Positions 33,443-45,344 of a stretch of 64,000 nucleotides of DNA are shown piece by piece. How positions within the stretch are numbered: position 1 is the first letter of the stretch; each line of letters opens with the position of its first letter. The stretch comes from Naegleria gruberi (lineage: Eukaryota), in assembly GCA_000004985.1 (NCBI GenBank), contig GG738874.1. One strand, 5' to 3'. The position numbers and the translations under genes were made by a program. A model generated the notes under the pieces. That model was not told the origin of the DNA. It was given only the letters and a program-made list of their open reading frames with translations, and ran no database searches.

Positions 33443-36400
33443 TTAAAGAATGAAAGAAATAAACAATAAGGCAATAGCCAAGATTAAATTGAAAAGAGGA
33501 GTAGTTAAAGGAGAGTTGTTAATTCTTGCTGATTGTTGGGGAATGGTGATTGAACTGGATACTGAAATCAGTTTTTCACAATTGGTTCCAATGAAACCAA
33601 TTGAACATTTGCATGTATCTGTTGAAATGCATTGACCATTTCCTGAACAAACATTTGAAGTATCATTTGACAATTTTCCATAACATTGAATGAGTTTACA
33701 TTCAGGCCCATACCAATCCTTATCACATTTGCACAAGTTAAAATCCATACATTGCCCATGTCCAGAACAAACATTTGGCGTGTCATTTGACAATTTTCCA
33801 AAACATTGAATGAGTTCACAATCAGGGCCATACCAATCCTTATTGCATTGACATGTATCTGTTGAAATACATTGACCATGTCCAGAACAAACATTTGAGG
33901 TATCTGACAATTTTCCAAAACATTGAATAAGTTTACAATCAGGGCCATACCAATCCTTATTGCATTGACATGTATCTGTTGAAATACATTGCCCATTTCC
34001 TGAACAAACATTTGACGTATCATTTGACAATTTTCCAAAACATTGAAATAGCTTACAATCAGGCCCATACCAATCCTTATCACATTTACACAAGTTAAAA
34101 TCCATACATTGCCCATGTCCAGAACAACCCGATGAATTAGAGATACCAAAGCAGATAGGAGTATTGCATGAAGAACCAACCCAAGTCGAATTACATTCAC
34201 ACAAATCTTTTCCGATACATTGACCATGAGAATTGCAAGTGAGTGGATCATTACTTTGAATTCCAAAACAAGAGAAGTATTCACAATTGGCTCCACTAAA
34301 ACCATTATCACAAGTACACTTTTCATAATCTAAACATTTACCCCTCGATTGACAAACAGCAGAATCATTACTTAACAAACCATTACATGTGGTAATGTTG
34401 CAAGTTTCTCCAATCCAACCAATTTCACATTCACACAAATTGACATCAACACAAGCACCTTGGGATGGTCCACCACAAGAATTATTACCAAACTTTCCAT
34501 AACAGATTGGTGTGCATATTAAGGAATTTTCACTCAGACGAAAACCATCTTCTTCACAGTATGGAACTGCCACCCTAACCAAGCCATTACGAAAGATACC
34601 AGTATCTGAATATATTAAATTTCCTTGTTCATCAATGAAGATAGAGTCTGGGCATGAAACAATAGTTTCATTTCCTTTCACATTGTCTCTCATCTCAAAA
34701 CCTGTCTGTCCATTACCAATAATTGTTGAGATATTTCCATCCAATGCTGAAATCTTTCTTATAGCATGGGCATCACAATCAGGAAAAATTACATCACCAA
34801 CTTTGGTTGTAATAACAGATGCAGGATTAATAATAGATGCCAAAAGAGCAGAACCACCATCTCCAGTTGATAGCACAATTCCATTTCCTGTAACAGCATG
34901 AATGATACCGTCTTTGCTTATTCTTCTAATTCTGTTATTTCCTATATCAGTGAAATAAATATCTCCATCCACACTCACTGTAATACCATATGGATTATTG
35001 AGTTTTGCCTTAATTGCCTCAATTTCATCATTGTTATAACCAGCATATATACCACCAGCAATAGTAGAAATAATTCCTGTATCATAAGAAATCTTTCTAA
35101 TATTATTAGCATAACAAGAATCTGTAAAATAAATGTCACCTCTCCATGATACTACCAATCTGTTTGGACATAAATAGGCTTCAGATGCCAATCCACCATC
35201 GCCCAAACCACCAGCTAGAGTACTAATAATTCCATTGGTAGATACTGTTCTGATATAAGCTCTGTCAATTATATATAAATCTCCATTTGGTCCAACCTTT
35301 GAGAATGATGGAACTACACTAGTCATGTTGGCAAGAACATCATTTTCGATATCAGTAGTATTTCCGTTTCCAGCAATAGTTGAAATAACACCATTAGAAA
35401 TCTTTCTTAATCTAGAATTATCTGAAATGTAAATGTCACCATTTTGATCTACTGAAACACTTGTTGGCTTATTGAGTTGTGCATCAGTTGCAAGAATATC
35501 ATCTCCATTGTAACCTTCAACTCCAGTACCACAAATAATTGAATTTTGTAAAGTGGAAAGTGTAATATTGTTCAAAGTGGAATCTGATAGTAATACTAAA
35601 AGATACAATCCATCATTTGTAAGTGCAACATCTAAAGGAGATGCTACATTTTGTACAATGTCAATTATGCCACTTGTCAAATTAACAACTCTAATTGCAT
35701 TATTACCATTACAAGCAACATATAACAATTCTTCATCAGAAGAGAAAGCCATACCATTAGGATTTGAAATTGCTGCCTCGATAGCATTACCTCCATCTCC
35801 ACTATAATCATCAACCCCAGTTCCACAAATTGTTGTGATATTTCCATTGAGTGATATCTTTTGAACTCGATGAGTATTTGTGGAAAAGTAAATTTCACCC
35901 ATCTTGCTAACAAGAACTCTAACTGGATTACCTATCATTGAATCAATAGCTCTTACGTTTTCTCCACTGTATCCTGCAACACCAGGTTTACCAGCAATGG
36001 TTGTTATAATTCCCAAAGTTGAAATCTTTCTAATACATGAGTTTAAACTGTCAGCAATAATCATTTCACTAGTGCTTGGTAAAAAGTCAATTCCAGTTGC
36101 TCTACTGATAACTGAATATTTGGCATTGTATCCATCACCTCCAAATTGACCATTGGTTCCAGCAACTCTTATCAATGTGCCATTCCAAAATAGTTTGTAA
36201 ATTGAATTACTGAATGAAACAAATAACTCTTTTGTAATTGGTGAAACGGAAAGTCCAATAATGCTCTGGATTGATTCGAGCGGATTAATAACGTTAGGGA
36301 CAATAGTAGAGTCATCTAGACGGTTACCGTTACCTGCAATAGTTGAAACAATTTGATTCTTGTCAACCTTTCTAATTCTGCAATCATGTGAAATATATGT

Positions 36401-37618
36401 AATGCCATCAATTGAAACAACTTGACTAATATAGCCCAAAGCTGCTTTTGATGCTGGCAACCCATCTCCTCCATATACATTTGTATTACCAATTACTGTT
36501 TCAATAATTCCAGTTTGTTTTGAAATTTTACGTATCTTCAAATTTCCAGTGTCAGTAACATAAACATCTCCATTTTTAGAAACTGAGATTCCTGTTGGAT
36601 AAGCAAATTTGGCATTGATTGCGGGACCACCATCACCATAATTACCACTATCCATACTTCCACCAATTGTAGAAATGTAACCGCTGCTATTGACCATTCT
36701 AATAACGTTATTATTATCAATAATGTATAATGTACCATCAGGAGTGGAAACGACACCAGTTGGAAAATTCAATGCTGCATTGGTTGCCAAGCCTCCATCA
36801 CCAGAGTATCCTACATCTCCATTACCTGCGATTGTTGAAATAATTGCAGTGCTGCCATCAATCTTTCTAATTCTATGATTAAGTGAATCACAAAAGTAAA
36901 TGTCACCATTAGTGGAATTGACAAATAATCCTGTTGGTGTGTTTATCCTGGCAGTGAGTGCTGGTCTATTATCACCTCCAAAATTATTGATACCATTACC
37001 ACAGATTGTTACAACTGCACCATTTGAGATCTTTCTAATTCTGTGATTATTCCTATCAGCAAAGATTACATCAGAATTTATCAAACCAATACCAAAAGGA
37101 CGTGAAACTTTTGATAACTTAGCTTGTCCATCATTAAATCCTGAAGAACCAGGAATGCCAGCAATTACACTTATCTTTCCACTCTTCATGTCAATTTTTC
37201 TCACCAAATCATTGTAATAATCTGAAAAGTAAATATCACCAGTTTCTTTTGATACTACAATGCCTCTAGGTTCATTAATTTGAGCAAGCAGAGCCAATTG
37301 ATTTGCGCCACCATCACTATAACTACCTGGTAATTCACCTGTACCAGCAATCGCTTTTATCACATTACCAGATGTTGCTTTAATGGTATTAGCATCTGTG
37401 AAAACTAGTTCATCTTGTTCATTGAAGAATAATGCCAAGGGACTGTCGAGGGAAAGAGATGTCAAGTTATAACCATCACCCAGTAAGTTTCCACCTGCAA
37501 ATGTACTGGTTGTGTATTTCACAGGTTTCAAGTTGACCGTTGTCTTGCACAACACCATGTTGTTGGTTAACAACAACAATATTAAACAAACAAAGACATT
37601 GAACCAGAGTGCTGTCAT
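33443..37618 (-). CDS. Large secreted or surface protein: signal peptide, many NHL-type beta-propeller repeats, a block of EGF / Dicty-type cysteine-rich repeats and a C-terminal hydrophobic anchor
   Basis: 1391-aa ORF. N-terminal signal MTALWFNVFVCLILLLL. NHL repeats recur (GDIYFSD, RIRKI, NGIAV). The cysteine module is C.G.G.C.....C.C...W.G..C. The C-terminal hydrophobic tail is LILAIALLFISFIL. Confidence 0.8.
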   Translation of the reverse strand: MTALWFNVFVCLILLLLTNNMVLCKTTVNLKPVKYTTSTFAGGNLLGDGYNLTSLSLDSPLALFFNEQDELVFTDANTIKATSGNVIKAIAGTGELPGSYSDGGANQLALLAQINEPRGIVVSKETGDIYFSDYYNDLVRKIDMKSGKISVIAGIPGSSGFNDGQAKLSKVSRPFGIGLINSDVIFADRNNHRIRKISNGAVVTICGNGINNFGGDNRPALTARINTPTGLFVNSTNGDIYFCDSLNHRIRKIDGSTAIISTIAGNGDVGYSGDGGLATNAALNFPTGVVSTPDGTLYIIDNNNVIRMVNSSGYISTIGGSMDSGNYGDGGPAINAKFAYPTGISVSKNGDVYVTDTGNLKIRKISKQTGIIETVIGNTNVYGGDGLPASKAALGYISQVVSIDGITYISHDCRIRKVDKNQIVSTIAGNGNRLDDSTIVPNVINPLESIQSIIGLSVSPITKELFVSFSNSIYKLFWNGTLIRVAGTNGQFGGDGYNAKYSVISRATGIDFLPSTSEMIIADSLNSCIRKISTLGIITTIAGKPGVAGYSGENVRAIDSMIGNPVRVLVSKMGEIYFSTNTHRVQKISLNGNITTICGTGVDDYSGDGGNAIEAAISNPNGMAFSSDEELLYVACNGNNAIRVVNLTSGIIDIVQNVASPLDVALTNDGLYLLVLLSDSTLNNITLSTLQNSIICGTGVEGYNGDDILATDAQLNKPTSVSVDQNGDIYISDNSRLRKISNGVISTIAGNGNTTDIENDVLANMTSVVPSFSKVGPNGDLYIIDRAYIRTVSTNGIISTLAGGLGDGGLASEAYLCPNRLVVSWRGDIYFTDSCYANNIRKISYDTGIISTIAGGIYAGYNNDEIEAIKAKLNNPYGITVSVDGDIYFTDIGNNRIRRISKDGIIHAVTGNGIVLSTGDGGSALLASIINPASVITTKVGDVIFPDCDAHAIRKISALDGNISTIIGNGQTGFEMRDNVKGNETIVSCPDSIFIDEQGNLIYSDTGIFRNGLVRVAVPYCEEDGFRLSENSLICTPICYGKFGNNSCGGPSQGACVDVNLCECEIGWIGETCNITTCNGLLSNDSAVCQSRGKCLDYEKCTCDNGFSGANCEYFSCFGIQSNDPLTCNSHGQCIGKDLCECNSTWVGSSCNTPICFGISNSSGCSGHGQCMDFNLCKCDKDWYGPDCKLFQCFGKLSNDTSNVCSGNGQCISTDTCQCNKDWYGPDCKLIQCFGKLSDTSNVCSGHGQCISTDTCQCNKDWYGPDCELIQCFGKLSNDTPNVCSGHGQCMDFNLCKCDKDWYGPECKLIQCYGKLSNDTSNVCSGNGQCISTDTCKCSIGFIGTNCEKLISVSSSITIPQQSARINNSPLTTPLFNLILAIALLFISFIL
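33630..34130. repeat. Tandem repeats of about 120 nt, near-identical at the nucleotide level, encoding EGF-like modules (CFGKLSNDTSNVCSGHGQCISTDTCQCNKDWYGPDCKLIQ)
   Basis: 4-5 consecutive copies of ...ccaaaacattgaat.agtt.acaatcagggccataccaatccttattgcattgacatgtatctgttgaaatacattg... are visible by eye. Confidence 0.7.
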
Positions 37619-37846
37619 TTTTTTGTTTAGTGAATTTGTCTTTTCGGCTCTTTAGTGCTTGACATTAATACGAAATACTCAACTTTCGGTTTTACGGTGA
37701 ACTCTGTTTATGCGACCAATGAGAAACATTGTAAAGTGAGATTTGGCATCGTTTTATCCCAATTAAATCAACACTTTAGTAAGTGAATCTGCTAATGCTA
37801 CTGTAGAAGGACTTTGTATAAACTACTGTTCAAGAAAAATGTCATT

Positions 37847-39329
37847 CTAATAAAAGGGTGGAGGAAGAATTAAGAATAGCCACTGAATGAATTTTGAGTT
37901 TGAGATATTCCACGGATGATGGTGGTTCTTGTTCAATAAATGCAAGATATTCACATTGGGAAAAAGTAGTGACATTTTTGAATAGGTTTCCTTTCCATCT
38001 TGAAGTATGATCAATTCTGACACATTTGGATTGGAATTAGGATTGTCTGGTATTTCTATTTCCGACATCCAGAATACAGTCTTTAAATTTTTACATGATG
38101 GTAAGGTTGCAATATTATTTGAATTGACATCAATGGCTTCCACAGAGTTGACAAAGTGTTTAACAATATTCCTTGGGGGATCGGTATTTTTTTCTCCAAG
38201 ATCTCCCCAATCTTTAAGATTTGGGGCAAGAGTTTGTAAAGAATTAATTAATTTTTCAAATTGTTCATCAGTGAATTCATATGATGGACCAATATCAACA
38301 AATTCCAAGTTAGGATTTGGTTTTCCTCCAAAATAGATATCTTCTTCTTGTCTTGAATATTCCCCTTCATACCACATTCTTCGAGCTGTGAAACTTTTCA
38401 ATTTTGGAAAGTCTCCCAGTCTTTTCAATATCGCACCAGAGATAAATGAAACAGGTTGTACATCTATTTCTTCAATGTTTGATTGTTTTTCCAAGAATTT
38501 TCCAAGGCCTTCATCAGTAATATCCAATTCTAATTGACCTAAACTATTATCACTATTGATAGAAAGTGTTTTCATTCCACTACCTCCTCCCACTGGAATG
38601 AAAACTTCTTGTTTCAAATTGAGAACCAGTGTTTCTAATTTTCTAGTCTTGGTTAAAATTTTGAAAAGCTTATTCTTTGTGAGAGGTATGTCGTCAAGTT
38701 CCAATTCTTTCAAGTTATAACCCAAAGGTTCATCTTTAATTGTTTTAATTATTCTTGTGGAAGTATCTGAGCTAGTATATGAATTGAATAAATCATCATC
38801 TGTAATTTTAATAGGAAGAGTCTCTACTTGCATTTCAAGTATATATTCTTCATCACTCCTAATATCCAAAAATCCATACACTATTCTAAAATCCATTCTT
38901 TCAAATTTGAGACTGTTTGTTATATCAGTAATTGTAAAAGAGAGCTCTGTTTTCCTTTTCAATTTCCTTCAATAAAACCTCAAGCTGACTCTTCTATCCA
39001 AATACCAGAAAACTTTTGTCTATTTTCATATAAGTTTTAATATTCTAGAAAACAAACCTCAACATATTCACCAGTGATTTTTTCTCAACTCTTGGGTTAT
39101 TCAATGTTGGTTTCTTGGAAAACCCTACACACAGCTGTGTATTTACATGCTCGACTATCCATTCATAATTTGCCTTTGATGTCATGGCAAGCATTAAAAC
39201 ACCTCCGACTGGCAAATATTGTATAATCACAGACCATTCATCTCTTGAAAGATTGGTTATTGAGTAATTTGTTTTACATGATTCGGAAAGTTGTTGTTGA
39301 TCATCAGATTTGATTTTCCCGCTCATCAA
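37847..39329 (-). CDS. F-box-like plus LRR-like protein in 2 exons (39329-about 39053 and about 38971-37847)
   Basis: The N-terminal exon carries an F-box-like LSRDEWSVIIQYLPVGGVLMLAMTSK. A GTTTGT...TTGAAG interval of about 80 nt joins in frame to ...RKLKRKTELSFTITD... The ORF-track start at 38962 is a TTG. Confidence 0.45.
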
Positions 39330-39672
39330 TTTCCTCTTGGATTACCTTTTCATTTTTTTAAAATTATGAGAAAATATTTTGAAATAATTTTCATGGGTAG
39401 GTTTACACTCTTGAAGATTGAATTCACAACATAGTCAATTAAGATCTCCATTCTTCAAATTTTTCATATGAATTTGGAAGAATCCCAAAGTTGGAAATTG
39501 GTAAAAATTGTTGCGCACTTTTATTGCAATTAAAAACTTGCCTTGCACATTCTAATAATACGCACTCACCGCACCTCCTTAGAAAAAAATCATACGAGGT
39601 GAGAATATTTCAAATAAATAGTCTGTATGAAATATTCATCTCATTCTCCAATTCAAAACAAAACACAAAAAC

Positions 39673-40440
39673 ATGTCCTCAAACAATAATCAATCTAAAC
39701 TCGTCGTTATTACTGGAGCTAGCAGTGGAATTGGTGCTACAACTGCTGTCGAATTTGCTGCCAAAGGTTACAAACTTTTATTGTTGGCCAGAAGATTGGA
39801 CAGATTAGAGCAATTGGTAAAAGATTCAAGCAATAGTTTGTCATTTGAAAATACTGTTATTCATCAATGTGATATCATTCAAGTTGACCAAATTAAGGAA
39901 GGTATTGAAAAGGCCAAAAAGCAATTCAACATTTCTTCTGTTGATTGTTTAATTAACAATGCAGGTGTCATGTTGTTGCAACCACTCCTCACTCAACCAT
40001 TATCCGATCAAAATCAAATGTTTGACACAAATGTAAAAGGTCTCTTGAATGCATCACACGCTGTCCTCAAGGAAATGGTTGAAAACAAACAAGGCACCAT
40101 TATCAACATTAGTAGCATTGCGGGAACTAAATCTTTCCCTTCAGCAGCTGCCTACTGTGGTACCAAACATGCTGTTCATGCAATTTCTGAAACTTTGAGA
40201 AGTGAAGTTGCTGGTTCAAAAGTTAGAGTTGTGATTGTTTCTCCTGGCTTTACAGAGAGTGAATTGTTAGGTCACAATGAAAAGGAAAACTCAGAAGGAT
40301 TTGAAGCAATGGTCAACTCATGGGAGATGGGAGCTCTCAAATCCAAAGATATTGCTGATGCCATTCTTTATGCCTATGAAGCACCAAAGCATGTTTGCGT
40401 AAGAGAAATTAAATTAGCCCCAACAGAACAAACTGTTTAA
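39673..40440 (+). CDS. Classical short-chain dehydrogenase/reductase (SDR), intronless
   Basis: TGASSGIG cofactor motif, NNAG, catalytic S...YCGTKHAV (YxxxK). The length is 255 aa. Confidence 0.8.
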   Translation: MSSNNNQSKLVVITGASSGIGATTAVEFAAKGYKLLLLARRLDRLEQLVKDSSNSLSFENTVIHQCDIIQVDQIKEGIEKAKKQFNISSVDCLINNAGVMLLQPLLTQPLSDQNQMFDTNVKGLLNASHAVLKEMVENKQGTIINISSIAGTKSFPSAAAYCGTKHAVHAISETLRSEVAGSKVRVVIVSPGFTESELLGHNEKENSEGFEAMVNSWEMGALKSKDIADAILYAYEAPKHVCVREIKLAPTEQTV

Positions 40441-40830
40441 ACAATAAACCTTATTTAAATTCTCAAATAACAGTTACTTCTCCCAACAGCAAGTGAACTG
40501 ATCATGCGACGAGGAATTAATATTTTCCAATTTATTCAAGTCACCAACCTTCAACTGTATGTCAACATTGTTAATTCATTCCCTATCGCATTTCCATCAT
40601 CCAAAAAACCGTAATTCCTTTCCATACTGATATGGTTATGAGGGAAATTTATCATCCCAAAAAAAAGCGCCTCTGTTCACCCTTGATGGCTACGTAGCTC
40701 TTTTGTTTTCGGAAGGTGAACGAGACATCATACCACCATACCATGTATTCAACAGCCATAATTGTATGCACTTTCAACAATGGTGGTGGTCTTGTGGCGT
40801 TCACAGTTGCAATCTTCATTCAAAAGAAAA

Positions 40831-42632
40831 ATGTTTAGAAATCTAGATAGATTCTCTGTTAAATTAATTGCTTCGATATTATTCTTGTTGACTATCACTT
40901 CATTGGTTGTGAATGTTTCAGCTGATACTACCATCACAGAATTAGCTTCGGATGTAGATGCTGGTTGGACTTTGATAAATGGTGCTCTCGTAATGTGTAA
41001 GTATATATTTCAATTGACCCAAAGTCTAACCTTCCATTAAATTGAATTAATAGTTATGCAGGCTGGGTATGTTAAATATTGGAAATGTAATTTCTGAAAT
41101 AATCTAGTTTCGCATTCCTGGAAGCTGGTGGTGTTCGTTCTAAAAACGTTGCCAATATCTTATTGAAAATTGTCATGTCTGTTGCCATTTCAACAATGGC
41201 TTGGTTCTGTATTGGTTATGGAATTGCTTTTGGTGACCAACTTACAGAAACCAGAAATGGGTTCTTTGGAAATTCTGGATTTTTCATGCTTGGAGGAGGA
41301 GAGTCAAACTCACAATTCTTTTTCCAATGGAGTTTTGCTGCCGTTGCCAGTTCGAGTAAGTGTTTCTTGTGAATTTTGATCTGACATGTGCTGTTCCAAT
41401 TAACATCTGTAGTTGTAAGTGGTGCCGTGGCTGAAAGAATGAATTTATCTGCATTCTTCATGTGTTCATTCTTAATGACTGCCTTCATTTATGCACCTGT
41501 TGTCCATTGGATTTGGTCCTCGACAGGTTGGTTGTCAGGATTCAATAAGGTATTTTTCAGAGTGGGAAATGTTGGTGTGGCTGACTTTGCTGGTGGTGTC
41601 GTTGTTCACGTAAGTATTTAGAATTTTGCTGCTTTCTTAATTGTTATAGTTGACTGGAGGAATTTGTGGCCTCGTTGGAGCTGTAATGGTTGGTCCAAGA
41701 ATTGGAAGATTCGTCAATGGAAAAGCTGTCAAGATCGAAGGACACAACAAGACATTAGTTTTGTTGGGTGGCTTGATTTTGTGGTTTGGTTGGGTAAGTA
41801 TTCTCTTCAGTATTTTGATGGCTTACTCTTTAAGTATGGATTTAACGCTGGATCATCCACTCTTAGTGGTGGTTTATCTAAAATTGCTGGTTTTGCCAGT
41901 ACCAACACAACTATTGCTGGTGCTGCTGGAGCCATGATGTGCATGTTGTGGTCTTGTCTCCAAAGTGGACAATATGACCTTACTGAAAGTTTGAACGGTT
42001 GCTTGGCAGGTTGTGTCGCAATCACACCAATATGTGCCTTTGTTGAGCCATGGGCTGCTGTTTTGATTGGTGCCACAGGTGCTATGGTTTATATTGGTGG
42101 AGCCTGGTTATTAGAGGTTTTGCATGTTGATGATCCAGTGAGCGCCGTTCCTGTTCATGCATTCTGTGGTGCTTGGGGATTGTTCTTGGGTGGATTATTC
42201 TCCACAAAATCAAGGTAAGTAAGCTAGTTCATTAATTCCTTAATATCTTCTAGTATTGCTCTCTATTTTGGTCTTGATTCCTCTTCGACATACTATGGTT
42301 TGTTCTACAGTATGAATTGGGAATTGTTGGGTGTGAATCTTTTTGCTATTGCTGTTGTAACTGTTTGGGTAACCTTCGCTTCAGTAATCATGTTCTTCTT
42401 CATTGATATCACCATTGGTTTGAGAGTTCCTCCACAAGATGAATTAGTTGGTTTGGATCACAAGTATGGTGGTGTTGCCTACACCAATGAAGATATTCAT
42501 CATAGTTATGGTTTTGGAGGTGAGTCTGGAACTGAACATTCCTTAACACGTTCAGCCTACAAGACTGCCCGATCCGTCAAGACTAGCAATACTACCTCTC
42601 AACGTTCAAATGGTTCTTCCTCTCGCAAATAG
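40831..42632 (+). CDS. amt: Ammonium transporter (Amt/MEP family), paralogue 1, in 8 exons including a 13-nt micro-exon at 41054-41066
   Basis: Spliced product ...DAGWTLINGALVMFMQAGFAFLEAGGVRSKNVANILLKIVMSVAISTMAWFCIGYGIAFGD...VSGAVAERMNLSAFFMCSF...LTGGICGLVGAVMVGPRIGRF...HAFCGAWGLFLGGLFS... Donors are GTAAGT/GTATGT. Exon ends were mapped at 40996, 41066, 41355, 41609, 41793 and 42214; the last exon is 42254-42632. Confidence 0.85.
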
Positions 42633-43066
42633 AGTAGCAATATTATATCCTCTCTAATATTCGTCATCAATTTCCTTCTCCCTTACTACCTATCCTTTTA
42701 CTTCCCAAGTTTTTGTATTTTTAATAGTAAGTTACAAAGCCTCTCATATTTCATCATGTACAAATACTTTGCAACTTTGTAGAATTGCCTTACATCATTT
42801 CTAACATTTCTTTTATCAGCCTTGATATTAGCCTTTCAGTGATTCGCTGTGTTTGCGTACTTTGTCATTTACCGCTTTTTTCTTTAAGAAAGACTTCCAA
42901 TCTTATTATGGCTGTGCGCGCAAATTAATCCAAAAGAAAAAATGTCTCACGTAACTTGGTGTCTCTACGTGGGAGAAGCAACATTACAACATTCTTTCAG
43001 TCTTCATCAAAACAATAATGCTAATGGATTGTCATTTCCGAGTATAAAATTTAGAAAGGACACTAT

Positions 43067-45022
43067 ATGGTTTTGTATGATAATAATGATGATGATTTTG
43101 GAATGAAAATTGTGGAATGTTCGGGACAGACTGAAGGATCATCGACAACTATAACAACAACAGAATTGGCTAGTAGTGTGGATGCTGGTTGGACTTTGAT
43201 GAATGGCGCATTAGTGATGTGTAAGTATGGGTGGTTATTGATTTTAGTTGATGGTTTTGATAGTTATGCAGGCTGGGTAAGTTTAGGAAATTATATCGGA
43301 TTCGAATAATGTCATGATGATAGTTTTGCATTTCTTGAAGCTGGTGGTGTTAGGTCGAAAAATGTGGCCAATATTTTGCTGAAAATTGTAATGTCAGTTT
43401 CCATCTCGACAATGGCTTGGTTCTGTATTGGTTATGGAATTGCTTTTGGTGACCAAAAGACTGAGACGAGAAATGGCTTCTTTGGAAATGCATCCTTCTT
43501 CTTATTGGGTGGAAATGAAGATAATAATTATTTTTTCTTTCATTGGAGTTTTGCTGCAGTGACCAGTTCAAGTAAGTATGAGAGTTCAATAGCAAGTTAA
43601 TGACCTATTTGAAAAGTTGTGAGTGGTGCTGTTGCTGAAAGAATGAATTTGTCTGCATTCTTCATGTGTTCATTCTTAATGACAGGATTCATTTATGCAC
43701 CAGTTGCTCACTGGATTTGGTCTACAACTGGTTGGTTGTCAGGATTCAATGAAACCATGTTCAGACTCGGCTATGTTGGAGTTTCAGATTATGCTGGTGG
43801 TGTTGTTGTCCATGTAAGTATCTGTTATAGCTCAATAACAATTCACAATTCAAGTTGACTGGTGGTATTTGTGGCCTCGTTGGAGCCATTATGGTTGGTC
43901 CAAGAATTGGAAGGTTTGTTAATGGTAAAACTATGAAAATTGAAGGTCACAACAAGACTCTTGTCTTGTTGGGCGGTTTGATTTTGTGGTTTGGTTGGGT
44001 AAGTATTATTTCACTAATTATCATTACAATAATCAATAACAAGTATGGATTCAATTCGGGCTCAGTATTAAAATTGAGTGGTGGAATGTCAAAGATTGCC
44101 AGCTTTGCAAGTACCAATACAACACTTGCAGGTGCAGCAGGTGCCCTTATGTGTATGTTGTGGTCTTGTTTCCAAAATGGGCAGTAAGTAGTTCAATAAG
44201 GTTTACCCTCTCTAATATATCACAAAACTCTACTAAGGTATGACCTTACTGAGAGCTTGAATGGTTGCTTGGCTGGCTGCGTTTCAATCACGCCTATTTG
44301 TGCCCTCATTGAACCATGGGCCTCTGTGATTGTAGGATCAAGTGGAGCAATTGTTTACATTATAGGAACATGGTTGCTTGAATTCTTTCATGTTGATGAC
44401 CCAGTGAATGCAGTACCAGTGCACGCATTTTGTGGAGCTTGGGGATTATTGATGGGAGGATTATTTGCCACTAAGCAACAGTAAGTGTTTCAATTTATCC
44501 AAATCTCCTAACAATGTCCGAACAAATAATTTCCAATTAATTGTTTTCAATAATTAATGTGATTATGAAAGAATGATTCTCCTATATTCTCTTCCAGCCG
44601 ATAACCCATACTATGGAGTATTTTATAGTTATAATTGGGAATTGTTAGGAATTAATTTGTTTGCCATAATTATTGTAACCATTTGGGTTACTTTCTCATC
44701 CGTAATCATGTTCTTTTTAATTGATATCACAATTGGTTTGAGAGTTCTTCCACAAGATGAACTAGTTGGTTTGGATCACAAGTATGGTGGAATGGCCTAT
44801 AACAATGAAGACAATGTCCACATTTTCAGTGCTTCCTCATCAGAAAATACTCTAGCCAAACAAGCTTACAAAACAGTTCAATTCGTCCAACAACAAAAGA
44901 AATACTCAAACACGACTACAGAACTATCAGAACAATTAGATTCCCAACACTCTGTCGGATCATTTAATAGCAAACCTCATCGTCCTTACCAACATCAACA
45001 ACAACAACAACAGTGGAGGTAA
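43067..45022 (+). CDS. amt: Ammonium transporter (Amt/MEP family), paralogue 2; same exon plan, with the micro-exon at 43264-43276
   Basis: Same motifs and intron positions as paralogue 1 (GALVM|FMQAG|FAFLEAGGVRSKNVANILLKIVMSVSISTMAWFCIGYGIAFGD...). The C-terminus is Q-rich. Confidence 0.85.
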
Positions 45023-45344
45023 ATTTTTGTCGTTGGTTCTTTCGTGCTGATTGAAGTTTAGATTGTTCAGTTTAGCAAAGTTTCTACACAAAGAAGGCCA
45101 CAAAAGAACTTGTTTATGTTGAAAATTGAAAGATAGCACCAATCGGTCAAGAAGAATTCGTTCCCGCACATTTTTGCAAAGTGTGAACTGAACATTGGAA
45201 ACCAAAAACAAACAACTTGCCAACAATCGATTGGTTCACCCTTGCCCACCACCACCAACAACAATAATGGATGATGTTGAGTGCCACAATCTTCATTATT
45301 TCGCTTTTTATCATACAACAACAAAAAGAAATAATTAACAACAA

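Noticed and set aside
33568-34326. A 252-aa - strand ORF in a different frame over the EGF repeat block
   Set aside because: It is an out-of-frame reading of the tandem repeats inside the NHL/EGF gene. The in-frame 1391-aa ORF explains the region.
38960-38962. ORF-track methionine starts at 38962, 50482 and 53460
   Set aside because: The underlying codons are TTG, an alternative bacterial start shown as M. Real starts were re-assigned to the nearest ATG or to upstream exons.
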